A stretch of 64,000 nucleotides of DNA from Bacteroidales bacterium (GTDB lineage: Bacteria > Bacteroidota > Bacteroidia > Bacteroidales > DTGW01), in contig JBMFQE010000004.1 in the NCBI GenBank assembly GCA_049968755.1, positions 140,264 to 204,263 on the forward strand, read 5' to 3'. Made by a program: the position numbers and the translations under genes. The notes under the pieces were generated by a model that was not told the DNA's origin, searched no databases, and saw nothing but the letters and a program-made list of their open reading frames with translations. Shown here piece after piece: positions 30,035 through 39,981 of this stretch (its first letter is position 1; each line of letters starts with the position of its first letter).

Positions 30035-31228
30035 ATGCCTTTTCTTCAGTCATGGCGCTGGTTTGGCCCCAACGATCCTATTACCCTGCAGCAAATTAAA
30101 GCAGTAGGTGTTGAAGGAATAGTAACCTCCCTCCATCACATACCTTATGGTGAATTGTGGACAGAGGATGAAATTATGCAGCGCAAAAGGATAGTGGAAC
30201 AAGCTGGCTTTACCTGGTGTGTGGTGGAAAGTGTGCCGGTTCACGAGGATATAAAAAAACGAACTGGAAATTATAAGCTGTATATCGAAAATTATAAGCA
30301 AACCCTGCGAAATCTTGGTAAATGTGGGATAAGCACGGTATGCTACAATTTTATGCCGGCTTTTGATTGGTTGCGTACTAACTTGCTGAAACCCCTCCCC
30401 GATGGCTCGTACGTGAGTGATTTTCAAATTATTGCTATTGCAGCATTCGACCTATTTGTGCTAAAGCATACCGATGCTGAGCAAAGCTATACGCCCGAAC
30501 AAATTCAGCAGGCACAGGCGTGGTATAAAAATCTTACCGAATCGGATCTGAATCAGCTCATGCAAACCCTGCTGCTAAGCCTGCCAGGAACCGATAAACC
30601 CCTTACGCTCGAATTCATTAGACAATCTATCGAAGAGTATCGACAGATTTCTACCCGTCAATTCAAGGAAAATCTGCTTCTTTTTATTAAAGAAATTGTA
30701 CCCGTTGCCGAAGAGGCTAATGTCAAGCTGGCTATTCATCCCGACGACCCCCCTCGGTCGGTTTTTGGTCTTCCCCGTGTGGTAAGCTCTATCGACGATT
30801 TGCGCGATATCATCAATGCCTATCCATCGATGCACAATGGCATTACCCTGTGTACGGGATCACTGGGTGCTGGATTTCATAACAACTGTACAACCATAGC
30901 CGAAGATCTTGCACCATACGTACATTTTGCTCACTTGCGCAACGTGATTCGTGATGCAGAGGGCAATTTTCAGGAAGTTTCCCTCTTTCATGGTGAGGTA
31001 GATATTCCCTCGGTGATGAAAGTTTTAATACTTGAAGAGGAAAAAAGAAAAGCCCAAGGCCGCAACGATTGGCAAATCCCCTTGCGTCCCGACCATGGCA
31101 ATTTGATGCTCGACGACGTTGGCCGAAAATACTACCCTGGCTATTCGCTATACGGTCGTATGAAGAATATCGCCGAACTCCGTGGCCTGGAAAAGGGCAT
31201 ACGTTATGCGCTTGGACTTGATAGCTGA
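30035..31228 (+). CDS. uxuA: Mannonate dehydratase
   Basis: WRWFGPND, VVESVPVHEDIK, CYNFMP, HPDDPP, RPDHG. Confidence 0.95.
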   Translation: MPFLQSWRWFGPNDPITLQQIKAVGVEGIVTSLHHIPYGELWTEDEIMQRKRIVEQAGFTWCVVESVPVHEDIKKRTGNYKLYIENYKQTLRNLGKCGISTVCYNFMPAFDWLRTNLLKPLPDGSYVSDFQIIAIAAFDLFVLKHTDAEQSYTPEQIQQAQAWYKNLTESDLNQLMQTLLLSLPGTDKPLTLEFIRQSIEEYRQISTRQFKENLLLFIKEIVPVAEEANVKLAIHPDDPPRSVFGLPRVVSSIDDLRDIINAYPSMHNGITLCTGSLGAGFHNNCTTIAEDLAPYVHFAHLRNVIRDAEGNFQEVSLFHGEVDIPSVMKVLILEEEKRKAQGRNDWQIPLRPDHGNLMLDDVGRKYYPGYSLYGRMKNIAELRGLEKGIRYALGLDS

Positions 31229-31398
31229 AAAACACTATTTGTCCCTGAATGGTAAGTATGTAGCATAATAGCTCATTTCGACACGAATTATGCGTACTAT
31301 AATATGTTCTAACAGGTTCAGGAACCATTCGGGTTTATTCTTCTTTCATTTTGCAACACGATACCTCGCGAAGAGTAGGCCGAAGAAATAATATTTAC

Positions 31399-31485
31399 CA
31401 AAAGAATAAGGGCTGCTATATGCAACCCCTACCTTTTCACGTAAGTGAAAAACTTAAACACCACCTATGAATCGAAACTTTTAGT
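31399..31485 (-). ncRNA. Candidate intergenic small RNA
   Basis: TATCTTTG -7 box at 31497-31490, no ORF, internal hairpin TTTTCAC-ttac-GTGAAAA, terminator GGGTTGC-atata-GCAGCCC with T-rich tail. Confidence 0.5.
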
Positions 31486-31660
31486 ACGACAAAGATAAAC
31501 TTTTTTTTAAAATAAGCATAGAAATTTCAATAAAAGTGTCAAAATGTCCATTAGTATAAGGGTACTTTTTGGTTCGATAGCGACCTTTACAAAAAATACT
31601 GTTTATATTTGCGAACCATTTATTAATGGGTGCAGTATTATTTAATTGCTAAGAATTTTC

Positions 31661-32224
31661 ATGAAAAATGTAGCTATATTCGCTTCGGGGTCGGGTAGTA
31701 ATGCTCAGGCTATTGTCGAATATTTTAGAAAACAGGGTAAGGAGCCGGTAAAGCTTATTTTGACCAATAACCCCAAAGCATACGTACTGGAAAGAACCAG
31801 GCGTCTGGGTATAGAAAGTGTGATTTTCTCGTACGATGATCTGTACCATAGCACCAAGGTTCTCGAAATTTTGCGGGAAAGACAAATAGACTTTATTGTT
31901 CTGGCAGGCTTTTTATGGCTCATTCCACCTTATTTACTCGAAGCATACAGGGGACGAATCGTTAATATTCATCCAGCACTGCTTCCCAAATATGGTGGAA
32001 AAGGCATGTATGGAATGAAGGTTCATCAGGCTGTGGTGGCCAATCGTGAGAAGGAAACGGGTATCACCATTCATTGGGTGGATGAGGAATACGATCATGG
32101 CGATATTATTTTGCAGGTAACCTGCCCCGTAAGCCCAACCGATTCCCCCGAACAGGTTGCAGCGAAGGTACATGAATTAGAACACTATTATTATCCCATG
32201 GAAATTGAAAAGCTTATCCGTTAA
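31661..32224 (+). CDS. purN: Phosphoribosylglycinamide formyltransferase
   Basis: IFASGSGSN, VLAGFL, NIHPALLP, GITIHWVDEEYDHG. Confidence 0.96.
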   Translation: MKNVAIFASGSGSNAQAIVEYFRKQGKEPVKLILTNNPKAYVLERTRRLGIESVIFSYDDLYHSTKVLEILRERQIDFIVLAGFLWLIPPYLLEAYRGRIVNIHPALLPKYGGKGMYGMKVHQAVVANREKETGITIHWVDEEYDHGDIILQVTCPVSPTDSPEQVAAKVHELEHYYYPMEIEKLIR

Positions 32225-32489
32225 TTTTCTCTTTAATCGCAAAATCGTTGGCAATTTGTTAGAAACGCTTGTTAATCCCATCGGGAAAGCTAAAAGCGTT
32301 TAGGTGAAAAGCTTTACCAATGCATAAGCAATTCGTATATACAGTCGTTTATTACTGAGTCTCATTAAACGAAGCTAACAAATACTTGCATTAATCTGTG
32401 CCAGAAACAGGAAAAAGGTTAATGAAATAGCTACATTGATGTCCGGTTACAAACACCACCCACTCATGTAAAATATTTACAGGAATTGT

Positions 32490-33023
32490 CTAATTGATCT
32501 GGTGTAGAAACTTGATTGCCTCGCTATGTTTTAGTTCAGCGGCTTTCTTCATGTCATCAAGAGCCTCGTTGGTATCTTGCTGATAAAGTCTTGCAATTCC
32601 TCGGTTATAATAGGCCTTGGCATATGCTGGATTAAGTTCGACCGACCGGTTAAAACACTCAATGGCTAAATCGAGCTCATTGCGGCACATATACACAATT
32701 CCCAGATGATTATATGCTTCATAGCAGGCCGAATCCAGCGTAATGGCTGCTTTAAAGTCACGGACAGCCTTTGAATATTTCTGCATTTTAGTGTAAACAA
32801 CACCCCGAAAATCCAATAGCTTACCATTTGTGCCCTGAGCTGCAATGGCCAGATTGCAATATGCCAGTGCCGAATCCAACAGGTTATCATTCAGAAATGT
32901 AGTAGCCTTACTCATCAGTAGCGTTACAGACGTGTCCGATATGTTGGGTTGTGAATAGGCAACGTTGACAGTCAGCGACCAAATAATGGTTGTTCCTATT
33001 ATGCCAGCTACTGCTGTTTTCAT
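32490..33023 (-). CDS. Secreted TPR protein
   Basis: Signal peptide; TPR repeats (AYNHLG, AYYNRG). Confidence 0.85.
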   Translation of the reverse strand: MKTAVAGIIGTTIIWSLTVNVAYSQPNISDTSVTLLMSKATTFLNDNLLDSALAYCNLAIAAQGTNGKLLDFRGVVYTKMQKYSKAVRDFKAAITLDSACYEAYNHLGIVYMCRNELDLAIECFNRSVELNPAYAKAYYNRGIARLYQQDTNEALDDMKKAAELKHSEAIKFLHQIN

Positions 33024-33280
33024 GTTGTGTTGATATGTTAGATATTTTTTTTATATCTGAAAACAAAGTTAATATGAAATTTTGCCCAATGAACTAGCAA
33101 ATAGATGATTTATCTTACCCACATACTTGATATTTGGCAGTAAACTATTTCAGCTAACCATTTTTCTTTGACATGATGATAATGGGTAGCTTCGGACATA
33201 ACCTCCAAATCTGTCATCAGCAAAATGGGGGAGCACTCTAATTTAGCAACATCCAGGGTATGTCGGGGGTGTCGAAACAG

Positions 33281-34051
33281 CTAAGTTAGTATAGATTGTA
33301 AAAAGTCCCGGATATTGTGTTCCATGTTTCCCTGCTTTTCAAGGGTTTGAATAAAGGCCGTACCAATAATACCTCCGCGGGCATAGCGACAGGCTGTCGA
33401 GAATGTGTCTCGATCGCGAATTCCAAACCCTACCATTACTGGGTGTTTTAAACGCATGGCTTCTAGACGTTTAAAATAAGCCTGTGATGCATCCAGCGGC
33501 TTGCTACCTCCCGTTGTCGAATAACTCGAGACTGCATATAGGAAGCCTTCGGTAATGCTATCGATGTAGCGAATACGTTCTTCAGACGTTTGAGGGGTTA
33601 CGAGCAAAACGTGATAAAGGCCGTACCGACGGGCAATAGTCATGTATTGTTGTCGGTATTCTTCGACGGGCAGGTCGGGGATGATAAACCCATCGACCCC
33701 AACCTTAGCACAGCTTTTGCAAAAGTTTTCAAATCCATACTGGTACACCGGATTAAAATACCCCATAAGCAAAACCGGGATATGGACGGTCGAACGCATA
33801 TCCTGTAGTTGTTCAAATAGCAGGGATAGCGACATTCCGTTCTTCAGGGCAACCGTACTGCTGTGCTGAATAATGGGGCCATCGGCCAGCGGATCCGAAA
33901 AGGGCATACCCAGCTCAACCATGTGGGCACCATATTGCTGAACCCATTGAAGGATTGGGATAGTATCGTTAAGACGGGGAAATCCTGCTGTAAAATAGAT
34001 AGAAAGTATTTTTTTATCGTTCTGTACAAAAACATTATCAATTCTGTTCAT
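33281..34051 (-). CDS. trpA: Tryptophan synthase alpha chain
   Basis: ELGMPFSDPLADGPIIQ, LMGYFNP, IPDLP, VGFGI. Confidence 0.96.
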   Translation of the reverse strand: MNRIDNVFVQNDKKILSIYFTAGFPRLNDTIPILQWVQQYGAHMVELGMPFSDPLADGPIIQHSSTVALKNGMSLSLLFEQLQDMRSTVHIPVLLMGYFNPVYQYGFENFCKSCAKVGVDGFIIPDLPVEEYRQQYMTIARRYGLYHVLLVTPQTSEERIRYIDSITEGFLYAVSSYSTTGGSKPLDASQAYFKRLEAMRLKHPVMVGFGIRDRDTFSTACRYARGGIIGTAFIQTLEKQGNMEHNIRDFLQSILT

Positions 34052-34087
34052 GATCAATCATTTAAATTACGCTACTACAATGCTTTT

Positions 34088-35278
34088 CTACATTGATTGC
34101 TGCATGTAACGGATGTAGGTATCCATATCCTTATCGCCGCGTCCCGAGATGTTAACCACCACGCAGTCGGAAGGTTTGAAATTGATTTTTTTGAGCGCGG
34201 CTAAGGCATGAGCCGATTCGAGGGCAGGGATTATTCCCTCAAGCCGGGTTAGTTCAAAGGCTGCCTGCAGGGCCTCTTCGTCGGTTGCACTCATGATACG
34301 GGTTCGTCCAATTGCATAAAGATGTGCATGTTGTGGCCCTATGCCGGGATAATCGAGGCCGGCTGATATGGAGTAGGGTTCAATTATTTGGCCATCGGAG
34401 GTTTGCAGCAGATAAGTTTTAGCTCCTTGAATAATACCAATGGTTCCGCGGGCAATTGAGGCTGCTGTTTCAGGGGTATCAATACCTTTGCCGGCTGCCT
34501 CCACTGCTATCAGCTGTACCTCAGTACGATCGAGGTAATGGAAGAAAGCGCCGATAGCGTTGCTGCCTCCACCAATGCAAGCCACAATATGGGTAGGATT
34601 TTCATTGCCAGTCAGTTCCTTGAGTTGCCACTGCATTTCTTCGCTAATGATGGCCTGTAATCGGGCTACCATGTCGGGGTAAGGATGGGGACCCACTACC
34701 GAGCCAATCAGATAGTAGGTATCCTCGGGGTTGCTTATCCAATCGCGCAGGGCCTCATTTCCGGCATCTTTCAGTGTTTTGTTGCCGCTTACTGCGGGTA
34801 TCACCTCGGCCCCCAGCATTTTCATCCGCAGCACATTGGGCATCTGACGTTGTACATCGGTCTCGCCCATGTATACCACACACTGCATACCCATGAGGGC
34901 GCACACCGTTGCCGTAGCTACTCCGTGCTGACCAGCTCCTGTCTCAGCAATGATACGCTTCTTGCCCATTATTTTTGCAATGAGAATTTGCCCGATAGTA
35001 TTGTTAATCTTATGCGACCCCGTATGGTTTAAGTCCTCACGCTTCAAAAAAATCTGCGTATTGTATACCTGCGAAAGTCGCTGCGCATGGTATAATGGCG
35101 AAGGCCGTCCTACATAATACTTTAGAAGTCGACGGTATTCAAGCTGAAACGACTCGCTGTCAAGTATTGACCGATAATGTTGTCGCAACTCCTCAATGTT
35201 GTGATGCAGCATCTCGGGAATGTAGGTTCCCCCAAACTGGCCAAAAAAGCCATTCTCATCGGCAAAATAGTTTGTCAT
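34088..35278 (-). CDS. trpB: Tryptophan synthase beta chain
   Basis: KREDLNHTGSHKINN, AETGAGQHG, SAGLDYPG, SGRGDKD. Confidence 0.97.
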   Translation of the reverse strand: MTNYFADENGFFGQFGGTYIPEMLHHNIEELRQHYRSILDSESFQLEYRRLLKYYVGRPSPLYHAQRLSQVYNTQIFLKREDLNHTGSHKINNTIGQILIAKIMGKKRIIAETGAGQHGVATATVCALMGMQCVVYMGETDVQRQMPNVLRMKMLGAEVIPAVSGNKTLKDAGNEALRDWISNPEDTYYLIGSVVGPHPYPDMVARLQAIISEEMQWQLKELTGNENPTHIVACIGGGSNAIGAFFHYLDRTEVQLIAVEAAGKGIDTPETAASIARGTIGIIQGAKTYLLQTSDGQIIEPYSISAGLDYPGIGPQHAHLYAIGRTRIMSATDEEALQAAFELTRLEGIIPALESAHALAALKKINFKPSDCVVVNISGRGDKDMDTYIRYMQQSM

Positions 35279-35898
35279 AACCGTTCAATAAATCTTTTTA
35301 TTAATCCTATATCTTTCATGCCGGGTTGAATCTCAAATCGGCTATTAATGTCGATAGCAAAAAATTGCGGATGGTTAAATTGCTGGATATCCTGTACATC
35401 ATCAGGTCCCAGCCCACCGCTAAGAAAAAACGGTAAGGGAACTTCAATACGTTGTAGCACTGACCAATCGAACTTTTTTCCGCTACCACCATACTGGCTG
35501 GTGGGAGTATCGAAAAGAAAATAGTCGCAAACGTGCTGATACGATGATGTCTGCGACAATGTAATATCCTTTGCTGCAAAAGATTTGACTACGGGGATAC
35601 CTTTATTTTTCAAGGTAAAGCAAAAATCGGGACTCTCGTAACCGTGTAGTTGTACCAGGTCGAGCCGATAACGATCATAAAATGTGATTACTTCGTCAAC
35701 AGATGCATTAACAAAAACGCCCACTTTTTTGATAGGTTGTGCTACCTGCAGTATAGTTCTAACAGGCATTTCACCAGCATATCGGGGTGATTTGGGGTAA
35801 AAAATGAATCCCATATAATGTATGGGCAATTGGCTGAGCTGACGAATATTTCCCTCGTCGCGCATGCCACATACCTTTATTTTAAATCTTTCGTTCAT
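35275..35898 (-). CDS. trpF: Phosphoribosylanthranilate isomerase
   Basis: IKVCGM, VGVFVN, VQLHG, GGSGKKFDW, LSGGL. Confidence 0.95.
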   Translation of the reverse strand: MNERFKIKVCGMRDEGNIRQLSQLPIHYMGFIFYPKSPRYAGEMPVRTILQVAQPIKKVGVFVNASVDEVITFYDRYRLDLVQLHGYESPDFCFTLKNKGIPVVKSFAAKDITLSQTSSYQHVCDYFLFDTPTSQYGGSGKKFDWSVLQRIEVPLPFFLSGGLGPDDVQDIQQFNHPQFFAIDINSRFEIQPGMKDIGLIKRFIERL

Positions 35899-36686
35899 AA
35901 TGCTTTATTCAATGCTTCCAGAAAATTCCTGCATGCCGTTTCTGGTGACTCTTGCTTCATAAAATACTCCCCAATAAGGAAAGCATCAAAACCTGCTGAT
36001 GAAAGAATATTAGCATCTTCGACCGAATGTATTCCGCTTTCGGCAATTTTTAAACAATTTCTTGGCAAGCTATTGCAAATTTGTTTCGAGTGGTTGAGGT
36101 CAACCTCAAAATTTTTGAGATTTCGGTTATTTACTCCTACCAATCGGGCTTCTTTGGGAAGTTTGTCGATTTCGTCGATGTCGTGGATTTCGAACAGGGT
36201 TTCAAGTCTCAGTGAAGTTGCAAGCTGTGACAATTCGAGCATTTCTGTCGCTGTAAGGCATGCAGCTATGAGAAGGATGACGTCGGCCCCCATAGCTTTT
36301 GCCTCATATACCTGATAGGGGTCTACGATGAAATCTTTGCGCAAAATGGGAATTCTAATCTGTGCGCGAACATTAATTAAATCTTTCGGACTTCCTCCAA
36401 AAAACTTTTCGTCTGTGAGTATCGATATTCCTGCTACACCTGCGTGCATGTAGCCTACCGTGGTTTGCACCACATCTGACAGATCGTTGATTATGCCTTT
36501 TGAAGGAGATTTTCGCTTATATTCAGCTATAACAGCTTTTCCCTTTTTACCCTCAATGCTTTCGGCAAGTGAAAAAGGAATACGCTGAAATAAACTTGAA
36601 TTGCACAGCACTTCAACCGGTGTTATCTGCTTTTTTTCTTTAACCTCTTGTCGTTTGTAGTGAATAATATCGTCGAGAATAGACAT
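35895..36686 (-). CDS. trpC: Indole-3-glycerol phosphate synthase
   Basis: IAEYKRKSPSKG, LRKDFI, GVNNRNL, AESGI. Confidence 0.96.
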   Translation of the reverse strand: MSILDDIIHYKRQEVKEKKQITPVEVLCNSSLFQRIPFSLAESIEGKKGKAVIAEYKRKSPSKGIINDLSDVVQTTVGYMHAGVAGISILTDEKFFGGSPKDLINVRAQIRIPILRKDFIVDPYQVYEAKAMGADVILLIAACLTATEMLELSQLATSLRLETLFEIHDIDEIDKLPKEARLVGVNNRNLKNFEVDLNHSKQICNSLPRNCLKIAESGIHSVEDANILSSAGFDAFLIGEYFMKQESPETACRNFLEALNKAL

Positions 36687-36699
36687 AGGACAATTTTTT

Positions 36700-37692
36700 T
36701 TACTGCATTTCCAACAATTTTTTTAGGGTAGCCAGTGCTTTACCGTTTAACAGGGAATCTCTGGCAATTTCGATACACTCCGCGAGCGGTTTTTCAGGCT
36801 CAAGGCAATGGATACCCACAGCACTATTCGCAATCACCACATTGGTTTGCTCGGGTGTGCCTTTACCCTCCAGAATCCGCATAAAAATATCCACCGATTC
36901 GTCAACGGTACTACCAGCAGCCAATTTATTTGGCTCGACGCGCTTAAATCCGAGTTCCTCTGGCTGATATATCTGTTCCCAGTTTCGCGAAGCCAGTTTA
37001 AATGGTCCAGTCAGCGATATTTCGTCATATCCGTCAAGGCTGTAGAGGATGATGTAATTTTTGTCGGACTGTTGATAGAGGTAGTTGTACATTCGCATCA
37101 GCTCAAGGCTAAATACACCCACCATCTGATTTTTGGGGAAGGTAGGATTGATAAGCGGTCCAAGTATATTGAAAAAAGTACGTACACCCAGATCTTTCCG
37201 GACGGGGGCTACATTTTTCATGGCAGGATTGAAAAATGGGGCATGCAGATAGCAGATACCTGCTTGTTCAATTTCTTTTTTTAGCTTGGCTTCATCGGCT
37301 AAAAACTTATAGCCAAGTTTTTCCATGATATTGGACGATCCACAACCTGATGATACGCCATAATTGCCATGCTTGGTAACCTTATATCCGGCGCCGGCCA
37401 CCACAAACGACGATAAGGTTGAAATGTTAAAGGTGTTTTTTTCGTCGCCGCCTGTACCACAAAGATCGATGGTTGCGTAACCATCGAAACGAACAGGGAT
37501 GCATAATTCTAACAGCGCATCCCGAAAGCCCGCTAATTCGTCGAGCGTTATATTGCGCATCAGATATACACTCAAAAAAGAGGCTATCTGCGAGTGATTG
37601 TACTCTCCCTTAGCCATGTTGGTTAATACCATTTTGGCTTCTTCCCGGCTAAGGGTTTTATGAGAATAGAGGTAGTTCAAAATATTTTTCAT
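36700..37692 (-). CDS. trpD: Anthranilate phosphoribosyltransferase
   Basis: DLCGTGGD, NISTLS, KHGN, DGYDEIS. Confidence 0.96.
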   Translation of the reverse strand: MKNILNYLYSHKTLSREEAKMVLTNMAKGEYNHSQIASFLSVYLMRNITLDELAGFRDALLELCIPVRFDGYATIDLCGTGGDEKNTFNISTLSSFVVAGAGYKVTKHGNYGVSSGCGSSNIMEKLGYKFLADEAKLKKEIEQAGICYLHAPFFNPAMKNVAPVRKDLGVRTFFNILGPLINPTFPKNQMVGVFSLELMRMYNYLYQQSDKNYIILYSLDGYDEISLTGPFKLASRNWEQIYQPEELGFKRVEPNKLAAGSTVDESVDIFMRILEGKGTPEQTNVVIANSAVGIHCLEPEKPLAECIEIARDSLLNGKALATLKKLLEMQ

Positions 37693-37753
37693 GGTTTGCT
37701 ATTTTTTAATCCATTGAGTTAATTTGCTCATTACGCATTTCCAATTTTAAAGT

Positions 37754-38338
37754 CTATTTTGGGGATGCATGATATATCCAGTTAGCAATTATTTTTTCAC
37801 CGAAGGGGGTAAGGATACTTTCGGGATGGAACTGAACTCCCCTTACATCGTAATTCACATGTCGGGCAGCCATTATTTGTCCCTGTTTATCGATGGCGGT
37901 CACTTCGAGGCAATTGGGCAATTGGTTGCGGCTCACTATCCACGAATGATAGCGTCCGGCCTCAAATATTTCGGGTACTCCGTCAAAAAGGGGCTCATCA
38001 TTTACCGTTTGAATGATAGTGGTGGCAACCCCATGATAAACCTGGTTTAAATTTTCAAGGCTGGCTCCAAATACTTCGCCAATAGCCTGTAAGCCCAAAC
38101 AAACCCCAAAGATGGATTTTTCTGAGGCCCAGCGTTGTATTACCGGTTTCAGGATGCCCGATTCGTCGGGTATACCGGGGCCAGGGGATAGCACAATTTT
38201 ATCGAAATCCTTGAAAAAATCGGGTTCCACCTCATCGTTGCGGACTACCACAATTTTTTGGCCAGCAATTTTTTCAATGGCATGCACCAGGTTGTAGGTA
38301 AACGAATCGTAATTATCGAGTACTGCAATTCTCATCAT
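37754..38338 (-). CDS. trpG: Anthranilate synthase component II
   Basis: DNYDSFTYNL, SPGPG, GVCLG, RYHS, QFHPES. Confidence 0.95.
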   Translation of the reverse strand: MMRIAVLDNYDSFTYNLVHAIEKIAGQKIVVVRNDEVEPDFFKDFDKIVLSPGPGIPDESGILKPVIQRWASEKSIFGVCLGLQAIGEVFGASLENLNQVYHGVATTIIQTVNDEPLFDGVPEIFEAGRYHSWIVSRNQLPNCLEVTAIDKQGQIMAARHVNYDVRGVQFHPESILTPFGEKIIANWIYHASPK

Positions 38339-38431
38339 AATAAAATATTAATTTTTAAAGGTATGATGGAACATCATGTTCGCAATTTTATCACTATTGT
38401 GTTTGCGTTCGCAGGAATATGGGTGTTTCAT
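38332..38431 (-). mobile_element. 95-bp element, copy 4, on the trpG start codon (ATGA direct repeat)
   Basis: Reverse-complement copy with two substitutions and two small indels; its terminal ATGATGA is the trpG start. Confidence 0.8.
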
Positions 38432-38479
38432 GATTAATTCATTTAAGTATTTCTTTCGCAATGAAAAACCTGTTGCCTA

Positions 38480-39877
38480 TTATATTTTTTCGGCCAGTAC
38501 GAGCGCTTGTTTAAGGGCTGCCAGTTTATTGTTTACTTCGGCCAGTTCACTTTCTTCTTTAGATTGTTGGACAACGCCTGCACCAGCCTGATAGTAAAGC
38601 GTATTGTTTTTACTTAAAAAGGAACGAATCATGATGGCATGATTGCAGTCGCCATTAAATCCCAGATAACCCAGGCAGCCACCATAGTAACCTCGGCGGC
38701 TACCTTCGTACCGGTCGATGAGCTCCATGGCTTTATATTTTGGAGCGCCTGAAAGGGTGCCTGCTGGAAATGAGTCGGCCAGTACTTTAACGGGGTTATA
38801 CCCTTCGGGGAGTATACCCGAAACTACCGAAACCATGTGCAGCACGTGGGAATAGTATTGAATTTCGCGGTAAGTTTCAACTGTTACGTTGGTTGCATTA
38901 CGACTCAGGTCGTTTCGGGCCAGATCCACCAGCATCACGTGCTCGGCATTTTCTTTTTTGTCCTGCGCAAGCTGCTCGGCCAGTTGCTGATCATACTTGT
39001 CGTTGCCGGTACGCTTAAAGGTGCCAGCTATGGGATGAATGTAGGCTTTCCCGTCTTTAATTTCTAGCTCGGCCTCGGGCGAGGAACCAAATATGCGAAA
39101 ATTACCATAATCGAAATAGAATAGGTAGGGCGAGGGATTGATCGAACGCAGAGCTCGGTACACATTGAAGTCGTCGCCTGTAAACGTTTGGGAAAAACGC
39201 CGTGAAAGAACAATTTGAAAAACATCACCCCGCATACAGCTTTCCTTACCTTTGCGAACCATTTCCATGTACTCTTCATCTGTTTTATTGGACACTTCGT
39301 TATGGTTGGCTTTAAAGGGATATACAGCAAAGGTTCGACTATTGAGCAGGGTTTCTATCTGTTCCATTTCTGAAACGCTGCCATCGGGTATGTTTTCGAT
39401 AATAACCAGCTGGTTGTGAAAATGATTGACGGCAATGATGTAGCGGTAAAATGTGTAGAAAATTTCGGGGATTCTTCGCGCCTCCTCAATGGATGAAGAA
39501 AGCTTGATATTTTCGAAATGTTCGATAGCATCGTAAGCCATGTATCCAAAAATTCCATTCACAGGCACCGGATCGCCTTCACATACAAACGCCTGACGAA
39601 AGGCGTTGAGCCGTTGTATAGCATTCGCCTCCTGGCTGATATGGGTGGTGGCTATGTTACCATTGGGAAATGTCTCAACGATTCGGTTCTGCTCGACCTT
39701 AAACGTGGCCAGGGGTTTGGCGCAGATAAACGACCAGCTGCCCTTTGCCCCATGATAGTCGGAGCTTTCCATCAGGGCAGAATTAGGAAATACATCCCGA
39801 AACTTCAGATATATACTCACCGGGGTGGAAGTATCGGCGAGTATCGTTTTTGAAATTGTGTGAATTCTGAACCGCAT
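38480..39877 (-). CDS. trpE: Anthranilate synthase component I
   Basis: GDVFQIVLS, NPSPY, SSPE, PIAGT, EHVMLVDLARND, FPAGTLSGAPK; start placed at MRFRI. Confidence 0.96.
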   Translation of the reverse strand: MRFRIHTISKTILADTSTPVSIYLKFRDVFPNSALMESSDYHGAKGSWSFICAKPLATFKVEQNRIVETFPNGNIATTHISQEANAIQRLNAFRQAFVCEGDPVPVNGIFGYMAYDAIEHFENIKLSSSIEEARRIPEIFYTFYRYIIAVNHFHNQLVIIENIPDGSVSEMEQIETLLNSRTFAVYPFKANHNEVSNKTDEEYMEMVRKGKESCMRGDVFQIVLSRRFSQTFTGDDFNVYRALRSINPSPYLFYFDYGNFRIFGSSPEAELEIKDGKAYIHPIAGTFKRTGNDKYDQQLAEQLAQDKKENAEHVMLVDLARNDLSRNATNVTVETYREIQYYSHVLHMVSVVSGILPEGYNPVKVLADSFPAGTLSGAPKYKAMELIDRYEGSRRGYYGGCLGYLGFNGDCNHAIMIRSFLSKNNTLYYQAGAGVVQQSKEESELAEVNNKLAALKQALVLAEKI

Positions 39878-39922
39878 ACCTTCAAATTTTTTATAATGTT
39901 TTTCTTTGCCAAAATCCAAACT

Positions 39923-39957
39923 AAAAAAGGCTTACCGTGATTTGGTAAGCCTTTTTT
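39923..39957 (-). terminator. trp attenuator terminator
   Basis: AAAAAAGGCTTACC/GGTAAGCCTTTTTT stem; ACCGTGA in the leader (39998-39992) can pair with TCACGGT in the hairpin as an antiterminator. Confidence 0.88.
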
Positions 39958-39981
39958 GTGCTTTTTAAGACAGCAGCAGGG

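Noticed and set aside
4802-38431. The 95-bp repeats as a CRISPR array or integron attC array
   Set aside because: Copies are 7-17 kb apart, in both orientations, among housekeeping genes; no spacers, cas genes, integrase or GTTRRRY core pattern
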